Below, in pieces: positions 16,547 through 27,161 of a stretch of 64,000 nt of DNA (positions within the stretch are counted from its first letter, which is position 1; each line of letters begins with the position of its first letter). Position numbers and translations under genes: made by a program. The notes under the pieces were generated by a model, which worked only from the letters and a program-made list of their open reading frames with translations, ran no database searches and was not told the origin of the DNA. The DNA lies in the NCBI GenBank assembly GCA_963845755.1, contig CAWJTV010000039.1:320001-384000 (forward strand). The letters run 5' to 3'. Source of the DNA: an uncultured Planctomycetota bacterium. Its GTDB lineage: Bacteria > Planctomycetota > Planctomycetia > Isosphaerales > Isosphaeraceae.

Positions 16547-19136
16547 ATGCCCCGTCGCTGGTGGATCTTTCGGGCCGTCGTCGCCATGGGGCTGGTGATG
16601 GCCGTGGGATGTCGAGGCCAGGTCAATCCGGGGGGCCCGTCGGGCCAGCCGGCTGCCGATCGGTCGGTGCCGGCGAACGCGAAACCCGGGCCGGGACCGG
16701 AACAGGCCAACGCCGCACCGAGCCCGCCGGCAAAGCCGGTTGTTCGGATCCGGATCTCTCCCGAGTCGTTCACCATAACGGCAGATGATCCCGGTTTGCA
16801 ACTCCTGGCGGCGGAGGAAACCGAGACCGCCCGCGATCGGACGGCGGAGGTCCGGTGGACGACGGAGCCGTCGGGCCTGGCCGCGATCGAGGCCGGCGGC
16901 TATCTCCGGCCGAAGGCGGCCGGGGTCGTGACGGTCCGCGCCGCGGTGGCCGGGTCGCCGGCGCCGGCGGCGGAGGCGAAGGTCACGATCGAGCCGCGAA
17001 CGACCCGCACCTGGGATTTCGGCGAGGACGTCGTGCCGATCCTGACCCGTCTGGGGTGCAATACCGGCGCCTGCCACGGCCGGCTGGAAGGGCAGAACGG
17101 CTTCCATCTCTCGCTGTTCGGCTACGACCCGGCCAGCGACTACCAGTCGGTGGTGCGCGACGCCGGCCAGCGCCGGCTGTCGCGGCTCGCGCCCGAAGAG
17201 AGCCTCTTCCTGGCCAAGGCGACCGGCCGCGTGCCGCACGTCGGCGGGGCCCGGACACCGTTCGGCTCCCCGGAGCACCAGGCCCTCCTCGCCTGGGTCC
17301 GCGACGGGGCGCCCGAGCATCGCGGCAAGACGCATGGGGCGGTGACCAGCGTCCGCGTCGAGCCGCCCGGCACCGTCCGGATGGATGAACCCGGCACGCG
17401 ACAGCTCCGCGTGGTGGCTGATTATGCCGACGGGCACCGTCGCGATGTGACCCGGCTGGCTTCGTTCAAGGTGAATGACGACATGGCCGCTTCGGTGACC
17501 CTTCAGGGCCGCGTCAGCCTCCTCAATCGCGCCGAGACCGACCTGATCGTGCGCTACGGATCGCACGTCCTGAATACCCGGCTCTCCACGGTGATCAATC
17601 CCGGCCTGGCGTTCGACTTCTCCAAGGTCAAGCGGCGCAACTTCATCGACGACGAGCTGTTCAAGCGACTGGAGTCGCTCAAGGTGCCGCCGAGCCCGCC
17701 GGCCAGCGACGCCGCCTTCCTCCGCCGCCTCTCGCTCGACCTCACCGGCGAGCAGCCCAGACCCGACGAAGTGCGCAGTCTTCCTCGCCGACAAGGATCC
17801 CGAGAAGCGGACCAAGCTCATCGACCGGCTGCTCACGAAGAAAGAGTTCGTCCAGTTCTGGCGCATCAAGTTGGGCGACCTGCTCCAGATCAGCTCCGCA
17901 CGCCAGGGGAACACGGCGGCCCGGTACCAGGTCTGGATCGACCGCTGCCTGGAGAAGAATCGGCCGTGGGACGAGGTCGTCCGGACGCTGCTGACGGCCC
18001 TGGGCGATCCCAACGATATCGACAAGGGCGGGCCGGTCAACTACTGCGCTGGATACCATGGAGCCCAAAGAGCAGGCCGAGCAGACCGCGCAACGCTTCC
18101 TGGGCCTGCGGATGCGATGCGCCCAGTGCCACGATCACCCCTTCGACATCTGGACGCAGGATGCCTATTACGGCCTGGCCGCCTTCTTCGCCAAGGTCCA
18201 GCGCGGTGGGGTGCCGGCCCTGGGATGATGATGGGCCGCGATCGGGTGACGATCAACCCGAAGGGGGAAGTCATCCACCTGCGGACCAAGAAGCCCGTCG
18301 AGCCGCAATTGCTGGACGGCAAGGTGGTGAAGGTCGCGGCCGCCGACGATCCGCGCAAGGCGCTGGCCGACTGGATCACGGCCCGAGACAACCCGTATTT
18401 CGCCCGCGCCATGGCCAACTGGGTCTGGGCGCAGCTCTTCGGCAAGGGGCTGGTCAACCCGCCCGACGATATGAGCCGGTCCAACCCGCCGGTCCATCCG
18501 GAACTGCTCGACGCCCTGGGACGCCATTTCGTGGAGCACAAGTACGACCTCCGCGAGCTGATCCGGACCATCGCCGGCTCCGAGACTTATGGACTCTCGG
18601 GCCAGCCGGTCAAGGGCAATGAGATGGACCGTCGGCTGTTCTCGCATCGGCTGCCGCGCCCGCTCACGGCGCACCAGATGGCCGACGCGCTGGCCCAGGC
18701 GACCAACGTGGCCAATTCGTTCCCGGGCGGTGCCCGCCGCGGTCGCGGCAGTGCCCGCCGCGCCATCGAGATCTACGATCCGGCGACCCCCGTCCCGCTC
18801 CTCGACTCGTTCGGCCGATGCTCGCGGACCACCGCGTGTGCGGCCAGCCCCGCACAGGCCCTGAGCCTCCGCCAGTCCCTGCTCCTGATCGGCGGCGACG
18901 TCATCGAGGGCAAGGTCTCCAACTTGAACGGCTACCTGGCCAGCGCACTGGAGCTCGATCTGCAGCCCGAGGAGCTGGTCGAAAACCTCTACTATCGCAG
19001 CCTCTGCCGGCCCCCAACGCCCGAGGAGCTCTCGCGCTGGTCGGCCGAGCTGAAGCAGGCCGCGTCGCGTCGCGAGGCGGCCGAAGACCTCTTCTGGGCG
19101 CTGCTGAACTCGCGGGAATTCGCGTTCAATCATTGA
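16547..19136 (+). CDS. DUF1549/DUF1553 (PSD1) protein with Ig-like domains (frameshifts near 17775, 18050, 18215)
   Basis: Lipobox-like AVGC; GCNTGACHG, FLRRLSLDLTG, CAQCHDHPFD, NPYFARAMANWVW, EDLFWALLNSREFAFNH. Confidence 0.9.
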
Positions 19137-19143
19137 CAGTCTG

Positions 19144-19204
19144 TCGGGTGGGCGAAGCCCACCGACGCAAGTCCGGTCGTTTTGGTGGGTTTCACCCACC
19201 CGAC
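19144..19204. repeat. REP doublet
   Basis: gtcgggtgggcgaagcccacc ... ggtgggtttcacccacccgac. Confidence 0.75.
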
Positions 19205-19236
19205 ACCAACTCGGGTCCCATGCTTGGAGATACGTC

Positions 19237-20571
19237 ATGTCCCGGTCATCGAACGGTCCGATTCCGCGGTGTGGTGGCCCGAGCCGTCGCGAGGTCCTGC
19301 GGATCGGCTCGCTGGGGTTCCTGGGTCTGGGCCTGGACGAGTGGTTCCGGCTGCGGGCCCGGGCCGGCACGGAGTCGGGCCCTGCGCCCAAGGTGAAGAA
19401 CTGCATCCTGATCTGGCTCTCCGGCGGCCCGTCGCACCTGGATACCTTCGACCCGAAGCCGAAGGCCCCGGCGGACGTCCGCGGCGAATTCAAGCCGATC
19501 GCGACCTCGGTCCCGGGCCTGGAGATCAGCGAGGTGCTGCCGCGCCTGGCCAAGGTCATGAACAAGGTGACGCTGATCCGGAGCATGACCTCGCCCGAAT
19601 CGGACCACGGCCGGGCGTCGCATCACCTGCTGACCGGCTGGCGGCCATCGCCGGCCCTGGAATACCCGGGGTACGGCAGCGTGGTCAGCAAGGCGCGGGA
19701 GGCGAAGCGCGGGATGCTGCCGCCCTACATCGCGGTCCCCGAGGTGCCGATGTCGGGCTTGAGCGGGTATCTCTCCCCGGCCTATGACCCGTTCGCCGTC
19801 TCCGGAGACCCGAACCAGGCGGGATTCCGGGTCCGGAACCTGACGCCGCCCGACCGCGTGACCCTGGCCCGGCTCATGCGGCGCCGGGATATGGTCAAGT
19901 CGCTCGACGAGTTCGCCCGGGACGTCCCGGCAACGACCCTGACGACCAGCCGCGACCAGTTCTCCGATCAGGCGTATTCGCTCTTGACCTCCGGCGCCGC
20001 GCAAGCCGCGTTCCAGATGGACAAGGAGTCCGACGCGGTCCGGGAGAAGTTCGGGAAGACCACCGTCGGCCAGTCCTGCCTGCTGGCGCGCCGGCTGGTC
20101 GAGGCGGGCGTCTCGTTCGTGACGATCAACGACCGGGGCATGGGGGCGGCCTGGGACACCCACCAGCAGAACTTCCCGACGATCAAGAACACGCTGGCGC
20201 CCCCGCTGGACCAGGGGGTCTCCGCGCTGGTCGAAGACCTCACCGAGCGCGGGCTGATCGATAACACGCTGGTCGTGATGATGGGCGAGTTCGGCCGGAC
20301 GCCCAAGATCAACGGCAACGCGGGCCGCGACCATCACGGCCGCGCCAACAGCATCCTGCTCTTCGGGGCGGGGACGCCCGCGGGCCTCGTCCTGGGCAGG
20401 ACCGACGCCACCGGCGACGTCCCGGTCGATCGACCGGTCACGCCCGCCGACCTGGCCTGGGTCCTCTACCAGAAGCTGGGGATCGACCCGACGGCTAGCC
20501 CGTTCGAGACGCCCGAAGGACGACCCATCCGCCTGGTCGATACGGCCAACCCGCCCCGGGAATTGATCTGA
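19237..20571 (+). CDS. DUF1501 domain protein
   Basis: SRREVL Tat-like motif; WLSGGPSHLDTFDPKP, CLLARRLVEAGV, MGEFGRTPKIN, GRDH. Confidence 0.95.
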   Translation: MSRSSNGPIPRCGGPSRREVLRIGSLGFLGLGLDEWFRLRARAGTESGPAPKVKNCILIWLSGGPSHLDTFDPKPKAPADVRGEFKPIATSVPGLEISEVLPRLAKVMNKVTLIRSMTSPESDHGRASHHLLTGWRPSPALEYPGYGSVVSKAREAKRGMLPPYIAVPEVPMSGLSGYLSPAYDPFAVSGDPNQAGFRVRNLTPPDRVTLARLMRRRDMVKSLDEFARDVPATTLTTSRDQFSDQAYSLLTSGAAQAAFQMDKESDAVREKFGKTTVGQSCLLARRLVEAGVSFVTINDRGMGAAWDTHQQNFPTIKNTLAPPLDQGVSALVEDLTERGLIDNTLVVMMGEFGRTPKINGNAGRDHHGRANSILLFGAGTPAGLVLGRTDATGDVPVDRPVTPADLAWVLYQKLGIDPTASPFETPEGRPIRLVDTANPPRELI

Positions 20572-20862
20572 ACCGGAGCGAGGGACCAGGGCCAAACGGT
20601 GCGACGGCCAATGGGGCGAGCGGCGAGAAAACGTCGGTCTTGACTCGCCCCTGGCCCCTCGCTCATCGACCCGACGACACTAGCTACTTGTCACGTGCCA
20701 CGTCCCATGGTAACTCTGGTAGGAGCGCTGGATCCTCCCTCGGTCGGTTCGTATCCCAGATTTTGGCGAATATTTTGAGAAGCCTGCGTGCGGGGCTGGC
20801 CTCCGTCTGGTAAAATGCTCCGACTCGAAACGGTTCCCGCTCACGCCAGGAGTTTAACCGCG

Positions 20863-21222
20863 ATGTCGCAAGGTCCTCGCCGTCATCTCAGGCTTGAAAA
20901 TGTTGACGGAGTGACCGTTGTCAGCTTCGTCGAATCCAAGATCGTGACCGAGGAGAACATCCAGGAGGTCGGCGACCAGCTTTATAGCCTGGTTGAGGAC
21001 GAAGGGCACAAGAGCCTCCTGCTGAACTTCGGGAACGTCCAGTACCTCTCCAGCGCCGCGCTCGGCAAGCTGATCAACCTCAAGAAGAAGGTCGCTGCCG
21101 TCAAGGGCAAGCTGAAGCTCTGCTGCATCCACCCGGACCTTCTCGAGGTCTTCCGCATCACCCGGCTTGACCAGGTCTTCGAGATCTACGCCGACGAGCA
21201 GGCGGCCCTCGACAAGTTCTGA
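20863..21222 (+). CDS. STAS-domain anti-sigma factor antagonist
   Basis: LLLNFGNVQYLSSAALGKLI...LLEVFRITRLDQVF. Confidence 0.9.
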   Translation: MSQGPRRHLRLENVDGVTVVSFVESKIVTEENIQEVGDQLYSLVEDEGHKSLLLNFGNVQYLSSAALGKLINLKKKVAAVKGKLKLCCIHPDLLEVFRITRLDQVFEIYADEQAALDKF

Positions 21223-21459
21223 TCGAGCGCGGCGGGATTCGTCGGGTCCCTCCCGAAACGGAAGGATCGAGTCCTCGGTCCGCTTCCCGAATCTCGGGGG
21301 CTTTGCCGTGTGGCTGCGCCGGCCGGTGCACCAACCGCCCATGCGTGGGCCCTTCTTTTCCTCTGCCGGCCCGAACGAGTCCGGATCGCCGCGAGCCACG
21401 GCCCGCGAGATCCTCGCCGGCCGGACTTGAAATCGCCCCGCCGGCCTTCTCCGCTTCTC

Positions 21460-24087
21460 ATGAGTGACCCCGCACTGACCCCGATGATGCAGCAGTATCG
21501 CGAGCTGAAGGCGCGCGATCCCGATGCGCTCTTATTGTTCCGGATGGGCGATTTCTACGAGATGTTCGGCGAGGATGCCGAACGGGCCGCGTCCTTGCTG
21601 GGCCTGGCGCTGACCTCGCGCGACAAGGGGGCCGACGCCATCCCGATGGCCGGTTTTCCCCATCCGGCACTCGATTCCTACCTGGCCAAGATCGTGCAGG
21701 CGGGCCTGCGCGCGGCGGTCTGCGAGCAGGTGGAAGACCCCAAGGTGGCCAAGGGGCTGGTGAAGCGGGACGTGGTCCGGGTCGTGACGCCGGGGACCTT
21801 GACCGACGAGGAATTACTCGACCCCAAGACGGCCAACTACCTGGCGGCCGTGGTGGAAGCCGGCGGGAAGCTGGGCCTGGCCTGGGTCGAGCTGTCAACC
21901 GGCCGATTCTCGCTGGCGGGCCTGCTGCGGACCGAATTGATCGACGAGATCGCCCGGATCAACCCGGCAGAAGTGCTGATCTCGGAGCTGAGCCTGGATG
22001 CGCCCTGGGTCCGGATGCTCCGCGGCCAGCCGCTGGGCGCGGTCACGGTCCGCCCGTCGTGGGACTTCCAGCCCGAGCAGTCGCGCAAGGCCCTGTTCGA
22101 TCAGTTCGGCACGACGACACTGGCGGGTTTCGGCGTGGACGACCGGGGCCTGGAGGTCCAGGCGGCCGGCGCGCTGATGGCCTACTTGCGCGAGACCCAG
22201 AAGACCGCGCTGGGCCACATCACCCGATTGGTCCCCTACCGCCGCGCCGATACCCTGGCGCTCGACGAGATGACCCGGCGGAGCCTCGAGCTGGTCCGGA
22301 CCCTCCGCGAGGGCAAGCGAGACGGCTCGCTCCTGAGCGTGATCGACCGTTCGGTCACGCCGATGGGCGCCCGGCTCCTGTCCGAATGGCTGACGTCGCC
22401 GTTGACGTCCGCCGAACAGATCGCCGAGCGGCTCGACGCCGTCGAGGAGTTGTTCACCCAATCGGTCCTCCGCGGCGACCTGCGGACGATGCTCAGCCAG
22501 TCGTACGACCTGGAGCGGCTGGCGGCGCGGGTCGGGACGGGTCGGGCCACGCCCCGCGACCTGGTCGCCCTGGCCCGGACGCTCGCCCTGCTGCCGAAGG
22601 TCAAGGCCCGGCTCACCGCGCGGGTCTCGAAGCGGCTCAACCAGCTCGAGGCCGCCCTGGAGCTCTGCCCGGAGATCCGCGCCGAGATCGAGGCCGCGCT
22701 GGTGGATGATCCGCCGCTGGCGATCAAGGAGGGCGGCCTGATCCGCGACGGGTATCATCCCGAGCTGGATGCGTTCCGAAACAATGCCAGCGGCGGCAAG
22801 TCCTGGGTCGCCAAGTTCCAGGCCGAGCAGATCCGCAAGACCGGGATCCCCAGCCTCAAGGTCGGGTTCAACAAGGTCTTCGGCTATTACATCGAGATCA
22901 CCAACGCCCAGGCCAGCGCCCGGGGCGCGAATATCCCGAGCGACTACATCCGCAAGCAGACGGTCAAGAACGCCGAGCGTTACAAGACGCCGGAGCTCAT
23001 GGAATATGAAGAGAAGATCCTCCACGCCGAGGAGCGGGCCTTCCAGCTCGAATACGAGCTGTACACGACGCTGCGCGACCGCGTCTCGGCCGAGGCGCCC
23101 CGATTGATCCAGGCCGGCGCGGTCCTCGCCCAGCTCGACGTGCTCACGGCGCTGGCCGAGCTGGCCGCCCGGCATGGTTACTGCCGTCCGGAGATCGTCG
23201 CCGAGCCGGTCTTCGCGGTCGAGGCGGGCCGGCATCCGGTGCTCGACGCCTTGATGCCGCCCGGCGACTTCGTCCCCAACGACATCCGGCTCGGGCCGGA
23301 CGAGGGGACGATCGTCGTGATCACCGGTCCGAACATGGCCGGCAAGAGCACGTATATCCGCCAGGTCGCGTTGCTGGCCGTGCTGGCCCAGATCGGCAGC
23401 TTCGTCCCCGCCCGTCGGGCGCGGATCGGGATCGTCGACCGACTCTTCGCCCGGGTCGGCGCCACCGACGAGCTGAGCCGCGGCCAGAGCACGTTCATGG
23501 TCGAGATGACCGAGACGGCCAACATCCTCCACAACGCCACCCCGCGCAGCCTGGTGATCCTCGACGAGATCGGCCGGGGGACCAGCACGTTCGACGGGAT
23601 CTCGCTGGCCTGGGCGATCACCGAGCACATCCACGACGCGATCGGCTGCCGGACCCTCTTCGCCACGCACTACCACGAGCTGGTCGAGCTGGAGAAGACG
23701 AAGCCGCGGCTCCGCAACGCCAACGTCGCGGTACGAGAGAGCGAGGGCGAGGTCGTCTTCCTCCACCAGATCGTCCCGGGCGGGGCCGACCAGAGCTATG
23801 GCATCCACGTGGCCCGGCTGGCGGGCGTGCCGGACGCGGTGCTGGGGCGCGCCCGCGAGATCCTCACGTTCCTGGAAAAGCAGCACGGCCCCGACCCCGG
23901 CCTGCCGGCCCCCGCATCCGAAGGTCCCATCCGCCGCAAGATCAAGACCGGACGCGCCCTGACCGGCAGCCTCTTCGCCGCGCTGCCGGACCCGCTCCTG
24001 GCCGAGCTCCGCCAGATCGACCCCGCCAGCCTGACGCCCGAACAGGCCCTCGACCTGGTCAGGCGGCTCCGGGAGCTGGCAGGCTGA
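21460..24087 (+). CDS. mutS: DNA mismatch repair protein MutS
   Basis: TPMMQQY, FRMGDFYEMF, ITGPNMAGKSTY, STFMVEM, DEIGRGTST, FATHYHEL, SYGIHVARLAG; frame intact. Confidence 0.98.
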   Translation: MSDPALTPMMQQYRELKARDPDALLLFRMGDFYEMFGEDAERAASLLGLALTSRDKGADAIPMAGFPHPALDSYLAKIVQAGLRAAVCEQVEDPKVAKGLVKRDVVRVVTPGTLTDEELLDPKTANYLAAVVEAGGKLGLAWVELSTGRFSLAGLLRTELIDEIARINPAEVLISELSLDAPWVRMLRGQPLGAVTVRPSWDFQPEQSRKALFDQFGTTTLAGFGVDDRGLEVQAAGALMAYLRETQKTALGHITRLVPYRRADTLALDEMTRRSLELVRTLREGKRDGSLLSVIDRSVTPMGARLLSEWLTSPLTSAEQIAERLDAVEELFTQSVLRGDLRTMLSQSYDLERLAARVGTGRATPRDLVALARTLALLPKVKARLTARVSKRLNQLEAALELCPEIRAEIEAALVDDPPLAIKEGGLIRDGYHPELDAFRNNASGGKSWVAKFQAEQIRKTGIPSLKVGFNKVFGYYIEITNAQASARGANIPSDYIRKQTVKNAERYKTPELMEYEEKILHAEERAFQLEYELYTTLRDRVSAEAPRLIQAGAVLAQLDVLTALAELAARHGYCRPEIVAEPVFAVEAGRHPVLDALMPPGDFVPNDIRLGPDEGTIVVITGPNMAGKSTYIRQVALLAVLAQIGSFVPARRARIGIVDRLFARVGATDELSRGQSTFMVEMTETANILHNATPRSLVILDEIGRGTSTFDGISLAWAITEHIHDAIGCRTLFATHYHELVELEKTKPRLRNANVAVRESEGEVVFLHQIVPGGADQSYGIHVARLAGVPDAVLGRAREILTFLEKQHGPDPGLPAPASEGPIRRKIKTGRALTGSLFAALPDPLLAELRQIDPASLTPEQALDLVRRLRELAG

Positions 24088-24248
24088 CCAGTATCCGATC
24101 GTTCCTCGCGACATCCACACAATCTGCGGATGTGCCCTCGCCTGGTCCCACTTTTTTCTCCACCATGAGTCGAGTACAATCATGATCGGTATCGGCTCAG
24201 GCCAAAGGGCCGGTTTTTGTACGGGCAATCCGCGCGAGGGGGTTGGCG

Positions 24249-24551
24249 ATGGATGAGAGGCCGAGAAATGGGCAGTTGACATCCGTCGCTCCGGATCAAG
24301 CAACCCCAGAGACGACCAACCCCTTGGCCGCGATCGCGGAGGAAATCGCGACTTATCGGGCAAAGCTGCCGGAACTGATCGAGCACCAGGGGCAATTCGT
24401 TCTCATCAAGGGAACCGAGATCGTCGGGCTCTTCGACGAGGATTCGGCCGCCATCCGCGAGGGCCGCCGTCGGTTTGGCATCGCCCCCTTCCTGGTAAAA
24501 CGAATCACCGACGTTGAACGCGTGATCTACATCCCCAACGTGGTGATCTGA
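24249..24551 (+). CDS. Small DUF5678-like protein
   Basis: EIATYRAKLPELIEHQGQFVLIKGTEIVGLF...AIREG...FG..PFLVKRI. Confidence 0.65.
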   Translation: MDERPRNGQLTSVAPDQATPETTNPLAAIAEEIATYRAKLPELIEHQGQFVLIKGTEIVGLFDEDSAAIREGRRRFGIAPFLVKRITDVERVIYIPNVVI

Positions 24552-24555
24552 AAGT

Positions 24556-24999
24556 ATGCCGCGACTGGAAGTGCCGATCAGTCCGAGAGGTCCCATCCTC
24601 GACGTGCGACTTTGCGCCGCGACCGAAGATGTGGACGCAATAGCCGCCGCGGGTCGCCTCGTTTCTCCTGCCTCTTCGGTCTCGGGACTCGTGGATACCG
24701 GCGCCGAGATGACCGCCATCGAGCAATCGATCATCGACTGGATGGGCATTCCAGTGATCAATTTCCTCGAAGCGACTTCGTCGGTGCTCGGGGATGAGGT
24801 TCGCATGGTCGGCGTCTACCGGCTTCGGATGACGTTTGGTTCCCTCGAAACCTCGGACGCACCCAGGTGGCGGACGATCTACGCCATCGGTGTGAAGGTC
24901 GTCTCGCCCGGAGCGGTCGTGCTGGTCGGGCGAGACTTGCTGGCGACCTGTCGTTTCACCTATGACGGCCGCAAACGTCGCCTGATGATGTCCTATTGA
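24556..24999 (+). CDS. Retropepsin-like (clan AA) aspartic protease
   Basis: LVDTGAEMTAI catalytic motif and LVGRDLL motif; starts 4 bp after the upstream gene. Confidence 0.85.
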   Translation: MPRLEVPISPRGPILDVRLCAATEDVDAIAAAGRLVSPASSVSGLVDTGAEMTAIEQSIIDWMGIPVINFLEATSSVLGDEVRMVGVYRLRMTFGSLETSDAPRWRTIYAIGVKVVSPGAVVLVGRDLLATCRFTYDGRKRRLMMSY

Positions 25000-25182
25000 T
25001 GGCTAACGATCGTGTGCGGACGCTGCGCCTCGCCGATCGTTCTACACCGCTCGCGCGTTGCCAGGAACCCCCGGGCTCGCTTAGTTTAGAGGCATGGCGA
25101 CCGACGAGGCATACCGATCCGGAGTGGGCGCCCATTGTCCTGTTGGCAACGAGATCCCGATTCACGCTGGGTGACTCATTCG

Positions 25183-25716
25183 ATGATTCGTTACTTCCTG
25201 GTCCTTGCGGTCACGGGCGTGTCGTTGATGCTGGCGGACAGCGTCCTGGGCTTCATCGCCGCCAGCGAGCCGTTCGACCCTCACGCGCACGGCCGGACCA
25301 TCCACCTGTTATTCTCGCTCCTGACGATCATCGCCCTGCTGGGCATCCACTCGATCGTCTACACCTACTTCATGGCGACTGCGAAGTGGGCCAAGGAGGT
25401 GGTGCGCGTCTATCAGCTCCCGGACTGGTTCATCGCGCAGGCGACCAAGAACAAGCGGCGGGCGTTCCGGTTCGTCATGGGCAGCATGACGACGATCGCC
25501 ATCGCGACCTGGCTGGGCGGCGCGGCCGACACCCGCGGCTCGGCCTACGCCCTCTGGCACCTGGGTGCCGTGGCGTTGGCCCTGGCCTTCAATCTCGGCT
25601 CGTTCGTCGTGGAATACGGCACGATCGTCGGTCACGCCCGATTGCTCATGGAGTTGAAAGACCGGGCCGACCACATGCGCGAGGAGCGCTACGGCTCAGT
25701 AGGCAGTCGGCAGTAG
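25183..25716 (+). CDS. Integral membrane hypothetical protein (about 4 TM)
   Basis: Hydrophobic helices with His residues (TIHLLF, GIHSIVYTYF, LWHLG). Confidence 0.75.
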   Translation: MIRYFLVLAVTGVSLMLADSVLGFIAASEPFDPHAHGRTIHLLFSLLTIIALLGIHSIVYTYFMATAKWAKEVVRVYQLPDWFIAQATKNKRRAFRFVMGSMTTIAIATWLGGAADTRGSAYALWHLGAVALALAFNLGSFVVEYGTIVGHARLLMELKDRADHMREERYGSVGSRQ

Positions 25717-25790
25717 GTAGTAGGCAGTGAATACCGATCCGAACTGGCCGGTCCCGACTGCCTACTTCCTACTGTCGACTACCTACTGCC
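25697..25790. repeat. Inverted heptamer-array hairpin (CAGTAGG)n...(CCTACTG)n
   Basis: cagtaggcagtcggcagtaggtagtaggcagt ... actgcctacttcctactgtcgactacctactgcc; supplies the stop codon of the upstream gene. Confidence 0.75.
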
Positions 25791-25805
25791 CCGCTGGAGT
25801 CCCCA

Positions 25806-27025
25806 ATGAGACCGCTCGGGATCGTGGTGCTGATCGTGCTCATCGACCTGCTCGGGTTCTCGGTGGTCATGCCGCTCTTGGCCCCGTTCGCGAAGCAGTA
25901 CGGGTTCGAGGAATGGCGGATCGGGCTGTTGTTCTCGGCTTATCCGATGTGCCAGTTGGTGGCGGGCCCGATCCTTGGCCGGCTGAGCGACCGTTACGGC
26001 CGTCGTCCGCTCCTGATCGTCAGCCAGGCGGGGACCGCGCTGTCGTTCCTGATCCTGGGCCTGTCGCGCGACTACTGGATCATGTTGCTGGCGCGGATGC
26101 TCGACGGGGCCTCGGGGGGAAACATCCTGGTGGCCCAGGCCTACGTGGCCGACGTGACGAAGCCGGAGCACCGGGCGCGGGGCATGGGCCTGATCGGCAT
26201 GGCGTTCGGGCTGGGATTCGTGCTCGGCCCGCTGCTGGGCGGCCTGCTGCTGAGCCTGCCGGTGTCCGACGACTGGCGGCTCCGCCTGCCGTTCCTGGTG
26301 GCGGCCGGCTTCTCGACGCTGGCCTGGGTCCTCGTCTTGACCCGGCTGCCCGAGTCGCTCCGGCTCGAAGGCGCCGAGCGAAAGGCTGCGCGCGTCGTGA
26401 GCTGGCGCGGGATCCTCGACACGGTCAAGCTGCCGGGCGTCGGCCTGCTGGTCCTGGTGGGGTTCCTCGGCGTGCTGGGCTTCGCGTCGTTCGAGGGCAC
26501 GTTTGCGCTTTACCTTGGCGGGCGGTTCGGCTGGGACGCACGCTCGGCGGCTTTCGCGTTCGCCGGCATCGGGTTCTTGAGTGCCCTCGTCCAGGGAGGA
26601 TTGATCCGCCGCCTCGTTCCCCGGTTCGGCGAGGCGCGGTTGATCGTCGCGGGGCTGGTCCTGGCCGCGCCGGTTTTGCCGTCATGGCGGTCGCCGAAAC
26701 CGTACCCGGGCTGACCGGCGCCCTGATCGCCCTGGGCGTGGGGCAGGGGGTGTTGAGCCCCTCGGTCTCGGGCCTGCTCTCGCGGATCTCCCCGGACAGC
26801 GAGCAGGGAGCCATCTTCGGGACGCTCTCCTCCGCGCAGACGCTCGCCCGGATGGTCAGTTACTCGGTCGCCAACGTCCTGCTCGGCCGGGTCTCGACGG
26901 CCGCACCGTACTGGTGCGCCGTCGGCATTGACGTCCTGGCCTTGGTCGTCGCGGGTAACATCGTGCTCCAGTTCGGCCGGACGATGATCGAGGCGCCTTC
27001 GGATCGAGCCACCAGCGCCGTGTAG
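25806..27025 (+). CDS. MFS transporter, TetA/DHA1-like (frameshift near 26670)
   Basis: IDLLGFSVVMPLL, GRLSDRYGRRP, ARMLDGASGG, GFVLGPLLGG; C-terminal helices in the second frame. Confidence 0.9.
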
Positions 27026-27161
27026 GGTGCTCTGTGAGCACCAATGCTTCTGGTTCTGATGCATTCGAGCCACCAGCGCCGTGTAGGGTGCTCTGTGAGC
27101 ACCAATGCTTCTGGTTCTGATGCATCGATGCCGCTGGATCGGTGCTCACAGAGCACCCTAC
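27004..27161. repeat. 61-bp direct duplication containing a REP, followed by an inverted REP
   Basis: tcgagccaccagcgccgtgtagggtgctctgtgagcaccaatgcttctggttctgatgcat at 27004 and 27065; ggtgctcacagagcaccctac at 27141-27161. Confidence 0.9.

Noticed and set aside
21895..24363. 822-aa ORF antisense to mutS, and similar long antisense ORFs over the S9 peptidase, DUF1501, GT39 and glgX
   Set aside because: Shadow ORFs caused by high-GC codon bias on the coding strand; no recognisable motifs.
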